IMG/VR virus record: IMGVR_UViG_3300040801_002535 | Origin: a virus | Reading direction: 5' to 3' (one strand) | Length of the DNA stretch: 59,732 nt | Part shown: positions 32,706-39,951 of the stretch, in pieces | Position numbering within the stretch: the first letter of the stretch is position 1 | Layout: every line of letters starts with the position of its first letter | Notes under the pieces: model-generated | The model's input: the letters and a program-made list of their open reading frames with translations, nothing else | Databases searched by the model: none | Told to the model about the DNA's origin: nothing | Program-made: the position numbers and the translations under genes

Positions 32706-32990
32706 ATGATTTCCAGAAGATTAGTCTTTGAGCAGCTTAGAGAGCGCATGGAGAAGGTGCCGGTTAAATACGACCAGCTCAACTCTATGCGCCGCGTAAA
32801 GCATCAGCGCGTAAAACTGGTTGGTGTTCAGCACCCGCAGCCGGTCGTCCAATGGGCGGCGGTTGAGTTTCATCTTAACTGCCTCGGCTATGCTGATATC
32901 AAGGTTAGCCTTCAGCGCGAAGTCCAGCCTGACTTGTCGGTTCGTTCGTCTATTGTTTTTCTATTCCCTCTTTCCCGCTATGAGCGATAG
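32706..32990 (+). CDS. Hypothetical protein (94 aa)
   Basis: TAAGGAGTAACG-ATG. Confidence 0.55.
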   Translation: MISRRLVFEQLRERMEKVPVKYDQLNSMRRVKHQRVKLVGVQHPQPVVQWAAVEFHLNCLGYADIKVSLQREVQPDLSVRSSIVFLFPLSRYER

Positions 32991-32999
32991 GAGCAGTCC

Positions 33000-33410
33000 A
33001 TGCCAAAACACGCATTGATAAGTGTTCGCGAAGATACCCACCCGAGTTCTGTTTGCGCGAGTTGCGAGAATGATTGGCATCTTGTGGAAATCAGGATAGG
33101 CAATGTAATCTACGATGTTTGCCGCGACTGCTTCAGCGAGCTAACCCGAATGGTTGACCCGCAAACGGAAGTCGAAAAGAAGCTGGCCGATATGACTCGG
33201 CAGGCGAAGATGTGGGAAGAGCTGTACCGGTGTTTATACATGTCTAGCGAAAAAGGCGAAGACATGCAATCGACAGTTGGCGCCCTGTCTGGAATCTGGA
33301 CGCTACTCAACGTCGAAGACCAGACAGCTGCAATCGGAAAAATCAAACGGTTACTCGAGAGGGAAGATATGGCAAGCCGTCTCAAATACCATGATACGAC
33401 TGGGCAGTGA
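33000..33410 (+). CDS. Hypothetical protein (136 aa) with N-terminal CxxC...CxxC
   Basis: TAGGAGCAGTCC-ATG. VCASCENDW...DVCRDCF. Confidence 0.6.
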   Translation: MPKHALISVREDTHPSSVCASCENDWHLVEIRIGNVIYDVCRDCFSELTRMVDPQTEVEKKLADMTRQAKMWEELYRCLYMSSEKGEDMQSTVGALSGIWTLLNVEDQTAAIGKIKRLLEREDMASRLKYHDTTGQ

Positions 33411-33411
33411 T

Positions 33412-33678
33412 ATGAATATCCAAGGAACCCGTACTGGGCGGTTCAGCTGTTCCGCCTCAAACATAGAAGACGTTCCAAGAAACGTCTCGAATACCCCAAA
33501 GGAGAATACGATGGTTGAAGGCACTTTCAAACTGGCGAAGGCAGCGGCCAAGTCTGGCGGCGACAAGTATGAGGGTAAGCTCGACGGCTCCGACCTGCAG
33601 ATTTATCTGCCGCAGTCTGTGACCCGCGTCGACGGCAAACCTGTGGCGGAATTGGTCCTCACAATAAATGTAAAATAA
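33412..33678 (+). CDS. Hypothetical protein (88 aa; alternative start 33511 gives 55 aa)
   Basis: ATG 33412 has a weak RBS. ATG 33511 follows AAAGGAG at a 7-nt spacing. The N-terminal extension carries a PolA-like TGRFSCSASNIEDVP segment. Confidence 0.5.
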   Translation: MNIQGTRTGRFSCSASNIEDVPRNVSNTPKENTMVEGTFKLAKAAAKSGGDKYEGKLDGSDLQIYLPQSVTRVDGKPVAELVLTINVK

Positions 33679-33691
33679 ATCACTTTTCCTG

Positions 33692-33720
33692 TTGAGTCTA
33701 CTTCTGATTGGTGGTATTAT
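33692..33720 (+). promoter_or_regulatory. sigma70-type promoter (TTGAGT-17-TATTAT)
   Basis: -35 at 33692-33697, -10 at 33715-33720, then the taatcaatcagg leader. Confidence 0.65.
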
Positions 33721-33740
33721 TAATCAATCAGGAGGAACTC

Positions 33741-33962
33741 ATGGAATTAGCAGAAACCATCGAAAACTTAATTGCAGACGCAGCAGGGCGCCCACTCACG
33801 CATCAACTTCAGTGGGCAATCACCTTCATGCCAGAAGGCGTTACCTGCAAAGAGTTTGTTGCTATTGCTGAAGAGCTCGGGTTTGGTGTTAATACCGCCA
33901 AGATTCAATACTACAAAACGATGAAAGAGAATCGCGACATTGAAGCTCTTTGTGCCGCTTAG
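33741..33962 (+). CDS. Fourth member of the shared C-terminal domain family (73 aa)
   Basis: CAGGAGGAACTC-ATG. CKEFVAIAEELGFGVNTAKIQYYKTMKE aligns with the C-termini of genes 15658-17140. Confidence 0.65.
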   Translation: MELAETIENLIADAAGRPLTHQLQWAITFMPEGVTCKEFVAIAEELGFGVNTAKIQYYKTMKENRDIEALCAA

Positions 33963-33968
33963 TTTCAT

Positions 33969-34041
33969 GCTCGGGTAGTACAATGGACTAGTACAGCTGC
34001 CAATAGGTTAGTCGATGCGGGTTCGAGCCCCGTCCCGAGCC
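33969..34041 (+). tRNA. tRNA-like gene with canonical acceptor, D and T arms but a non-canonical anticodon arm
   Basis: Acceptor gctcggg/cccgagc (7 bp). D stem gtac/gtac. T arm gcggg-TTCGAGC-cccgt. The anticodon region gctgccaataggttagt has no 5-bp stem plus 7-nt loop with U33. No encoded CCA. Confidence 0.5.
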
Positions 34042-34210
34042 CTACTTAAACCCGCTCCTCGGAGGTGATATATGAATAGCTGATTCAGAGTACGGCAGGT
34101 ACTGCCTGTCCATTTGGTTTATCGCAGGGAATAACTCTTGAGCGGAGCGTATTAATTCAACCCCGTGATAAACCTTTGGGAGAGTCGTTAACCCGCATTG
34201 AAAGGAAATC

Positions 34211-34444
34211 ATGTTTATTATTCCGTTGCACTCCCTAGAAGGGGTCGAGATTATCATCAAGGCGTTAGAGGAGCGAGCAGCCGAAAAGGGTTGTGTGGCA
34301 TCCGGAGACCTAGCGCTTGGCGTTGCAAAGAAGCTGCACTTCCTCGACGAGAAAGGAAAGCTCGTCCCGTGCGCCTTTGAAAAGTTCGAGGAGCCAGTCG
34401 ACCCAGAGCCGAAGAAACCGAACCATTTGAAATTGGTCAACTAA
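34211..34444 (+). CDS. Hypothetical protein (77 aa)
   Basis: GAAAGGAAATC-ATG. Confidence 0.6.
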   Translation: MFIIPLHSLEGVEIIIKALEERAAEKGCVASGDLALGVAKKLHFLDEKGKLVPCAFEKFEEPVDPEPKKPNHLKLVN

Positions 34445-34457
34445 CAGGAGATACGTT

Positions 34458-34766
34458 ATGGAGCAAGAAGAACCGAAGCAGCAAGCATCCCCGCTACCGC
34501 CGAGAGGCACCAAAGAGTATGACCGCATGCGTTCTGACGGGAAGATTGTTTTCAAGCCACGCCAGATTGAAATGGAGCATACCGACCCCGAGACCGGAGA
34601 AGTAACAAAGACCGGTCAAGTCTGCATTCGGACTCAGGACCAGAAGATGTACGAAGTCGGAAAAGGCGGGCAGCTTCGCAATCTGCAGAAGCCTCCCCGC
34701 ATGTCGAAAAAGCAGCGTCGGAAATGGCGTCAGGAGCAGTTCGCCCTGCACGGCCAACCATTTTAA
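34458..34766 (+). CDS. Hypothetical basic protein (102 aa)
   Basis: ACAGGAGATACGTT-ATG. Lys/Arg-rich C-terminus (PRMSKKQRRKWRQEQ). Confidence 0.6.
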   Translation: MEQEEPKQQASPLPPRGTKEYDRMRSDGKIVFKPRQIEMEHTDPETGEVTKTGQVCIRTQDQKMYEVGKGGQLRNLQKPPRMSKKQRRKWRQEQFALHGQPF

Positions 34767-34913
34767 AACTAACAGCGCCACCTACTAAAGATGTGAGCTA
34801 CTGACATTAGCGGCACTAAGTGCTGTCTGGTATTCGGATTACTATGGTGAGGGCCGGAAGAATCAGGAGTCAGACCGCTGTTGGATTTAATTTGAAAATA
34901 GTCTCTTTTTTAG

Positions 34914-34942
34914 TTGCACTCTTGCCTGATTCGAGGTATTAT
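34914..34942 (+). promoter_or_regulatory. sigma70-type promoter (TTGCAC-17-TATTAT)
   Basis: -35 at 34914-34919, -10 at 34937-34942. gtctcttttttag upstream and taatcatcaggaac downstream. Confidence 0.7.
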
Positions 34943-34983
34943 TAATCATCAGGAACAGGAACCCAACTAATAAGGAGCACGCC

Positions 34984-35214
34984 ATGCTGAAACCAACCAC
35001 CGAAGCAATCGCAAACGCCGAAGCAGTAGTTACCGTCCTTACCGCTAACTTCAAAGGCATCACCCCGCATCGGGACGCGCTGCTGGTTGGCTGCGAGAAG
35101 CAAGCACGCGTTCTTGGCTGCTACCGCGACATCGCTTACATCAAGCGCTTCGCTGAAAGCAAAATCGTTCACTACATCGAAACAGGGCGCCGTCCAGCTC
35201 ACCTGAGAAACTAA
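34984..35214 (+). CDS. Hypothetical protein (76 aa)
   Basis: TAAGGAGCACGCC-ATG. Confidence 0.65.
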   Translation: MLKPTTEAIANAEAVVTVLTANFKGITPHRDALLVGCEKQARVLGCYRDIAYIKRFAESKIVHYIETGRRPAHLRN

Positions 35215-35244
35215 TCTTTTTCTCGGCAGGCAGTCACTTTTATC

Positions 35245-35273
35245 GTGACTACCTGCTCGGGAGATGGGATTAT
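35245..35273 (+). promoter_or_regulatory. Degenerate family promoter (GTGACT-17-GATTAT) overlapped by a 13-bp hairpin
   Basis: -35 at 35245-35250, -10 at 35268-35273. Inverted repeat ggcaggcagtcac / gtgactacctgct (35225-35257). Confidence 0.45.
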
Positions 35274-35313
35274 TACTCATCAGGTACACGAACCCTAAAC
35301 GATGGAGTCAGCC

Positions 35314-35634
35314 ATGCAAACAATCACAATCAATGCTGAAAACTGGGTAGACGGCGAAATTCAACTGAATCTGGATTCCGAGGCCAAGACCTTTTCCATT
35401 CACGATTATGAGTTCATCCTCGTTGAAAGCCAGATGGAAGACGATTTTGAAAGCTACGATATCTTCCATGTTGAGAATGGCAAGCAATCCGAATTCCGCA
35501 CCGGTTGGGTCTGCCGCGAAAACTTTCTCGGCAAAGGGTTCGGGGACTGGGAAGCAATCCAAGACGAAATGATGTCCCGAAGAGGCGAGACCGCTATTAT
35601 TGCGGCGGCTAAACTTGTGGCAAACTTATATTAG
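35314..35634 (+). CDS. Hypothetical acidic protein (106 aa)
   Basis: ATG 35314 lies 7 nt after GGAG (MQTITINAENW...). Confidence 0.6.
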   Translation: MQTITINAENWVDGEIQLNLDSEAKTFSIHDYEFILVESQMEDDFESYDIFHVENGKQSEFRTGWVCRENFLGKGFGDWEAIQDEMMSRRGETAIIAAAKLVANLY

Positions 35635-35642
35635 GAGACGCC

Positions 35643-36017
35643 ATGTTAGGTGACAAAGAGGCGCGCGCCCTGCTGGGCGCCATCGAACTTAATTCTGATT
35701 ATCGGTATGCCGAGCTGACTTCCGATGGCGTTGTTCGCCACCTGATTAGCCATATCGAAATCCCTCGGACTCAGATTCCATACGTGCCACAAGAAGCAGG
35801 CTACTATCGCCTTGGCGAGAATACCTGTAGCGGCACTTGTAAGATTGGTCAGCCAGCGAAGGCTTGTCTGGAAAAGGGTGGCATGTACACCCCCACCAAA
35901 TGCGCGGTCTATACTCTTTGGCCGGCGAATCAGGGCTCTATTCCGATGGACCAGTTGCGCCCGATTCTTGATGCCTATATTAATTTACTCGCGAAGGAGA
36001 ATTCCGATGGGAAGTGA
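35643..36017 (+). CDS. Hypothetical protein (124 aa)
   Basis: TTAGGAGACGCC-ATG. Confidence 0.6.
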   Translation: MLGDKEARALLGAIELNSDYRYAELTSDGVVRHLISHIEIPRTQIPYVPQEAGYYRLGENTCSGTCKIGQPAKACLEKGGMYTPTKCAVYTLWPANQGSIPMDQLRPILDAYINLLAKENSDGK

Positions 36018-36186
36018 ACGCTGCGGCCAGATTTACCGGCTCCATAAAAAGAAACCTAATTATCGTTGTCCCGTATGCAGTTTCCTTTTGGTGCGAGAGA
36101 AGCTGCGCGGCGTTTCGACGCTCTTTTGTGGGCACTGCCGGCCGGACCTAACCCAGCAAGTAATTGCTGAGCACCCGACCTCTTAA
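36007..36186 (+). CDS. Small zinc-ribbon protein (59 aa)
   Basis: AAGGAGAATTCCG-ATG at 36007. YRCPVCSF...LFCGHCRP. Confidence 0.55.
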   Translation: MGSERCGQIYRLHKKKPNYRCPVCSFLLVREKLRGVSTLFCGHCRPDLTQQVIAEHPTS

Positions 36187-36192
36187 AGTGGG

Positions 36193-36221
36193 TTGCCAAT
36201 GGTTGCCAAGTAACCTACAAT
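36193..36221 (+). promoter_or_regulatory. Possible promoter (TTGCCA-17-TACAAT)
   Basis: -35 at 36193-36198 (within the direct repeat ggttgccaa x2), -10 at 36216-36221. It would give a ~140-nt leader containing the hairpin gagcttcg/cgaagctc. Confidence 0.4.
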
Positions 36222-36364
36222 GAAATCTATATCGTACTGACACTCCTTATTGGAAGGCGTGTTCCTGTAGCGGTTTAACGACTGCCCTGAGAGCTTCGAA
36301 ACCCCCTCCCGAAGCTCGATGGGGAGCAGTTTAAATCCACCAATCATTTTAAAAGGAGTCACCT

Positions 36365-36889
36365 ATGAGTGTCGCTAGAACAGTTAGAATTGATCAGCAC
36401 GTAAAACGGCAGCACGGTTGGAATGCCCGAGGTAATATCATCTACCCAGGAATGCTTTTGGCATCCAGCGATGTACATCTAACACAGGGCGTCCGCGCTG
36501 AGCCTTTGCGGTCTGGCGACTTCGTCAACAATGATCCGTGTCCAATGGGTTATTTTGTTGCACTCGAAAACGAGCTCGAAGGGGCTGGAATCAACGACCC
36601 GATTGGAGACGGACTCACAACTACTATCATCCCGCTTCAGGTCATGCCTATGATTATCGGGGACAAATTTCTCGGCATCGTTAAGCAAAACTCATCACTG
36701 AATATGGGCTCCCAAGTTGTAGTTTGTTCCGAAATAGCAGACGCCGGAATGGTTTGCCGGACAACTGATCTACCTACCGGAGCATCTGAAGTCCATGTTG
36801 GAATCGCAATGTCAGACCCAGAAGATGCTACCAGCGCTGATATCAGTAAGCGCCGCATCGAGATCATGATCAACCCGACTTCCGGCTGA
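36365..36889 (+). CDS. Paralogue of the head decoration-like protein (174 aa)
   Basis: AAAAGGAGTCACCT-ATG. FVALENELEGAGINDP...VHVGIA aligns with LIAVENDLYGKGVSDS... of 45248-45691. Confidence 0.65.
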   Translation: MSVARTVRIDQHVKRQHGWNARGNIIYPGMLLASSDVHLTQGVRAEPLRSGDFVNNDPCPMGYFVALENELEGAGINDPIGDGLTTTIIPLQVMPMIIGDKFLGIVKQNSSLNMGSQVVVCSEIADAGMVCRTTDLPTGASEVHVGIAMSDPEDATSADISKRRIEIMINPTSG

Positions 36890-36918
36890 TCAGCTTAAAC
36901 CGCCATAGCCCAGAAGAA

Positions 36919-36950
36919 AGCCTCGAATTCGTTCGGGGCTTTTTTTTTTT
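36919..36950 (+). terminator. Rho-independent terminator
   Basis: agcctcgaa-TTCG-ttcggggct followed by a 10-T run. Confidence 0.85.
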
Positions 36951-36964
36951 GTTCTCTTTTTTCC

Positions 36965-36993
36965 TTGATTCGTAATCGCTCCTTTGGTATACT
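36965..36993 (+). promoter_or_regulatory. sigma70-type promoter (TTGATT-17-TATACT)
   Basis: -35 at 36965-36970, -10 at 36988-36993. Confidence 0.65.
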
Positions 36994-37025
36994 CTTTATA
37001 TCGAAAGCAACCAAGGAGATTACAA

Positions 37026-37217
37026 ATGCCAAAACAAACTATCACTTCTTTAAAACCGGGATTCATCTTCATTCCTTTCGGGGCTTATGCCATTCAAGAT
37101 TTGCCTGCTGCTTACGAAGTCCATTTTCGGGGCGGGGAAGGGGTCATCTATCAACTCACTACAAAAGATCCAAACGGCGCATGCCCAATCTCTTTCGAGG
37201 ATTATCAGTCTTATTAA
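37026..37217 (+). CDS. Hypothetical protein (63 aa)
   Basis: CAAGGAGATTACAA-ATG at 37026. Bracketed by a promoter and a terminator, so it forms a monocistronic unit. Confidence 0.65.
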   Translation: MPKQTITSLKPGFIFIPFGAYAIQDLPAAYEVHFRGGEGVIYQLTTKDPNGACPISFEDYQSY

Positions 37218-37224
37218 CCAGTTG

Positions 37225-37265
37225 CCCCGACCTCAGCTACCCTCTTATGGGGTCGGGGATTTTTT
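37225..37265 (+). terminator. Rho-independent terminator
   Basis: ccccgacc ... ggtcgggg (8-bp stem, 18-nt loop) followed by atttttt. Confidence 0.7.
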
Positions 37266-37278
37266 AAAAGGAGTAAAT

Positions 37279-37803
37279 ATGTCTTACGGTGGGCGCATAC
37301 ACAAACAGCTATTGAAATCGTTTAACTATGGTGAGGCATCCGGTCTTTATATCTGCCGTCACTGCCATGGTGGCATTGACGCTAAGACTGCCAACCCGTC
37401 AAGAATCATGGCCGATATTCCTCACTCACGGAATTGCCCGTACAGCCTAGCTCTTGAACTAATGGAAGCCGAGTTTATTGTTCCACTCGAAGGTATCATG
37501 CACGAGCTCGAACAGGCAGACGGCAAACATGGCCCGATGCTGGACCCAGTCGAAGGGTTGTACACCTTGCAGTGCGAAGTCATGGAACTGGCACGCGAGG
37601 TGCATCGGAAGCATAAAGATCCGGCTGCAGCGCTGAACGAGGCGCGGCAAGTTGTGGTCATGGGTATCAAATTCCTCCGTGACTGTATCCCGCAAATGCT
37701 CGATACTACAACTAACGATGTAACTGTTACTATTGAATCTGATGTTATTGAGCCAGAAGAATTTGTCAAGAAATTACGCGTTTTCTTGGGGGCGCCGAAA
37801 TAG
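37279..37803 (+). CDS. Hypothetical protein (174 aa), N-terminal Cys/His cluster and helical C-terminal part
   Basis: AAAAGGAGTAAAT-ATG at 37279. ICRHCHGG...HSRNCP. A MazG-like helical region is possible but was not verified. Confidence 0.6.
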   Translation: MSYGGRIHKQLLKSFNYGEASGLYICRHCHGGIDAKTANPSRIMADIPHSRNCPYSLALELMEAEFIVPLEGIMHELEQADGKHGPMLDPVEGLYTLQCEVMELAREVHRKHKDPAAALNEARQVVVMGIKFLRDCIPQMLDTTTNDVTVTIESDVIEPEEFVKKLRVFLGAPK

Positions 37804-38105
37804 TGCCGAAGGTATCCTTTGACAGCATCCATACCGTAACCGCGAAGGCTTGGCTGATTAAGTACAACCACCACCTTTGCTGGTTGCCGCGTTCTCGGGT
37901 AAGGCTGCTGGAAAAAGAAAAGAAGTTCGATGTTCCGCAGTGGTTGTTTGAAAAGCTGGATTGGTTTGAGGACGAGCATGATATTGATTTTGTTATGTCA
38001 AAAGAGGAATACATGACGCGCTTGGAACCCCTCGAGGAAACCATTTTCCGGTTGGCAGGCGGTTTGAAGAACCGGAAGATTCCACTCCCACCGAAAGGTT
38101 TGTGA
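37803..38105 (+). CDS. Hypothetical protein (100 aa)
   Basis: GTG start overlapping the upstream stop (TAGTG). Continuous coding with its neighbours. Confidence 0.5.
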   Translation: MPKVSFDSIHTVTAKAWLIKYNHHLCWLPRSRVRLLEKEKKFDVPQWLFEKLDWFEDEHDIDFVMSKEEYMTRLEPLEETIFRLAGGLKNRKIPLPPKGL

Positions 38106-38608
38106 TGGACCACGAAGAAGATGCAATGGAGCGCTATATGAATGGCGAAGAATCTGAAGGCGAATTCCAAGCAAGGCAAATGCAAGAAGGTAGACGGCAT
38201 TGTGGCAGCGTCCAGCTACCCTCCCCCGAGCCCTACCCATTTGGCGCCTGTCATTATTGTGGCGGGCAAGTACGGGCAGGTCATAGCTCAGAAATACACC
38301 CAGCTCGCCAACCCGCTATTGTCCACATATGCGAACACTGCGGTGCCTATGTTGGTTGCCATCCCGGAACAGGAAAGGCACTCGGGACCGTCGCTGATAA
38401 GGATCTTCGCTCGTGGCGGAATCTCGCGCATCTGGCTGTCGACGTTTATTGGGAGAATGACCAGCTTAGTCGTAGCGATATGTATCGCGCTTTGGCTGTT
38501 CATCTTGGCGTCAATAAAAAATGGTGCCATATAGCAATGTTTGATATATCTTTGTGTAAGCGGGTGGTCTTAGTCCGCTTTCCTTTTATGGAAGGGTGGA
38601 TGAAATGA
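38105..38608 (+). CDS. DUF3268-like zinc-finger protein
   Basis: CHYCGG...ICEHCGAYVGCHPGTGKALGTVADKDLRSWRNLAH matches the pattern I recall for phage DUF3268 proteins. Confidence 0.55.
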   Translation: MDHEEDAMERYMNGEESEGEFQARQMQEGRRHCGSVQLPSPEPYPFGACHYCGGQVRAGHSSEIHPARQPAIVHICEHCGAYVGCHPGTGKALGTVADKDLRSWRNLAHLAVDVYWENDQLSRSDMYRALAVHLGVNKKWCHIAMFDISLCKRVVLVRFPFMEGWMK

Positions 38609-38814
38609 GTGCTATGATGGTTGGCGATTGGTTTATTGATAGCAGTATTAAGTATGCTATTCAGGAATACACCGGCGAAGGTCTTCCGGTCCATGTCGCT
38701 ATGGTCAATGTCGGCTACGGTGTTTCAGAAGAGAAGGGCTTGGCAAACGCAACTGAAATAGTCAAAGCGCATAATGCCAAGAATCGGTTTATTAGCAATG
38801 ACTCAAAAGAATAG
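38605..38814 (+). CDS. Hypothetical protein (69 aa)
   Basis: ATGA overlap with the upstream stop. MSAMMVGDWFIDSSIKY... Confidence 0.5.
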   Translation: MSAMMVGDWFIDSSIKYAIQEYTGEGLPVHVAMVNVGYGVSEEKGLANATEIVKAHNAKNRFISNDSKE

Positions 38815-39013
38815 CTGGAAATACGTACTTTGGACCCTTTTGGTTTTGGCCCTTGCTGGTGTTATCAACCAAATGGAGATCCCAGAATCATGGCTCGAAT
38901 ACGGGGAGGCGGTCCCGACTTATACGGTTAAAGACGGGCGCATAGTCCCGCTTACGGTACCAGAAGGATCAGACGGCAACACTAATTGTGAGGAATGTCA
39001 TGCAGACAGGTAG
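38798..39013 (+). CDS. Small membrane protein (71 aa)
   Basis: MTQKNSWKYVLWTLLVLALAGVI... (one TM). Overlaps the upstream gene by 17 nt. Confidence 0.5.
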   Translation: MTQKNSWKYVLWTLLVLALAGVINQMEIPESWLEYGEAVPTYTVKDGRIVPLTVPEGSDGNTNCEECHADR

Positions 39014-39020
39014 GCGGTTA

Positions 39021-39167
39021 ATGGTTTTGGCAAAGACGAAAGAGGCAGCAGCATCTTTTATTCGTAGGCGGGAAATCGTTCAAACTGGTTATGGCCTTCG
39101 CCCTTGCGGTGAAGGGGTAGCCGTAACCAATAGCTTTGGAGGCTACAATGTCGATTGCAGAAATTGA
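39021..39167 (+). CDS. Possible small protein (48 aa)
   Basis: Too short for the ORF track. MVLAKTKEAAASFIRRREIVQTGYGLRPCGEG... It fills an otherwise empty 135-nt gap. Weak RBS. Confidence 0.3.
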   Translation: MVLAKTKEAAASFIRRREIVQTGYGLRPCGEGVAVTNSFGGYNVDCRN

Positions 39168-39369
39168 GGCACTAGATTCAGCGGCGAATAGAAGTAAGGA
39201 TGCCATGTATGCTGCTTATGCGAGTCTGCAACTCGGCGATGTCGAGACGGCTAAAACCATGCTACGCACCGGATTGCTCGGAGGGCGGGTAACCGAACCA
39301 CAGGAAGTTAAGCATTGCCAAGCCGAATGGAATATCCGTGTGGCAAGTAAGGTTCCGCGCACGGCCTAA
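39148..39369 (+). CDS. Hypothetical protein (73 aa)
   Basis: GGAGGCTACA-ATG at 39148. Confidence 0.55.
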   Translation: MSIAEIEALDSAANRSKDAMYAAYASLQLGDVETAKTMLRTGLLGGRVTEPQEVKHCQAEWNIRVASKVPRTA

Positions 39370-39423
39370 AATAAAATAAAGAAAGTCCGTGCTTACCAAA
39401 GAGATTTCTGGTAATTTCTTATC

Positions 39424-39951
39424 ATGGATGAAAAAACAATACCACCTTGGGAACGGAAAAAGGTTGTAGCCTCTGAAGAGGCTGCTCCGGAGCGCTCTAA
39501 ACATGCGCCCATTAACCCAGTTCCCGGTGTCACTAATCTAAAGACTTCCGAGCATAATCTTGCCCGTCGTAAGACACAAGCGGAAGCCCTCGAGCTTCGC
39601 ATGACTGGAATGAGTTTCCCGAAGATTGCAGCTGAGCTCGGTATTACATCGCAGTATGCGCATAAGCTAGTCACCAAAGCGCTTCAGGAAGTCACCCAAG
39701 AGCCAGCAGAGGAGCTCTTGGTTCTGGAAACTGAAAGACTAGATGCCCTTATGAATGCCGCCTATAAAAGAGCAATTCTCAATGGCGGTTCCTACGATAT
39801 AAATTCTTGCCTCAAGATCATGGAGCGCCGTGCTAAGCTGCTCGGCCTCGATGGTGCCATTAAAGTCGAAGACGTTACCCAGACGGAAAGCCCTCTCGGT
39901 CGCTTGAGAACAATGTTCGGGCTATCTGCGGAAGTGCAGAATGCTACCTGA
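39424..39951 (+). CDS. terS: Terminase small subunit
   Basis: HTH segment LRMTGMSFPKIAAELGITSQYAHKLV followed by a helical oligomerisation-like region. Lies directly upstream of terL. Confidence 0.7.
   Translation: MDEKTIPPWERKKVVASEEAAPERSKHAPINPVPGVTNLKTSEHNLARRKTQAEALELRMTGMSFPKIAAELGITSQYAHKLVTKALQEVTQEPAEELLVLETERLDALMNAAYKRAILNGGSYDINSCLKIMERRAKLLGLDGAIKVEDVTQTESPLGRLRTMFGLSAEVQNAT

Noticed and set aside
33969-34041. tRNA-like element as an attP / integration-site remnant
   Set aside because: Both acceptor halves and all arms are present, so it is not just a 3' tRNA fragment. No integrase, recombinase or repressor gene was found anywhere in the genome.
34042-34440. 132-aa minus-strand ORF
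   Set aside because: It is antisense to the well-initiated gene 34211-34444 and extends through the tRNA-flanking non-coding DNA. It has no RBS.
37422-38200. Minus-strand ORFs of 185 and 144 aa
   Set aside because: They are antisense to a continuous run of coupled plus-strand genes, with no promoter or RBS on the minus strand.
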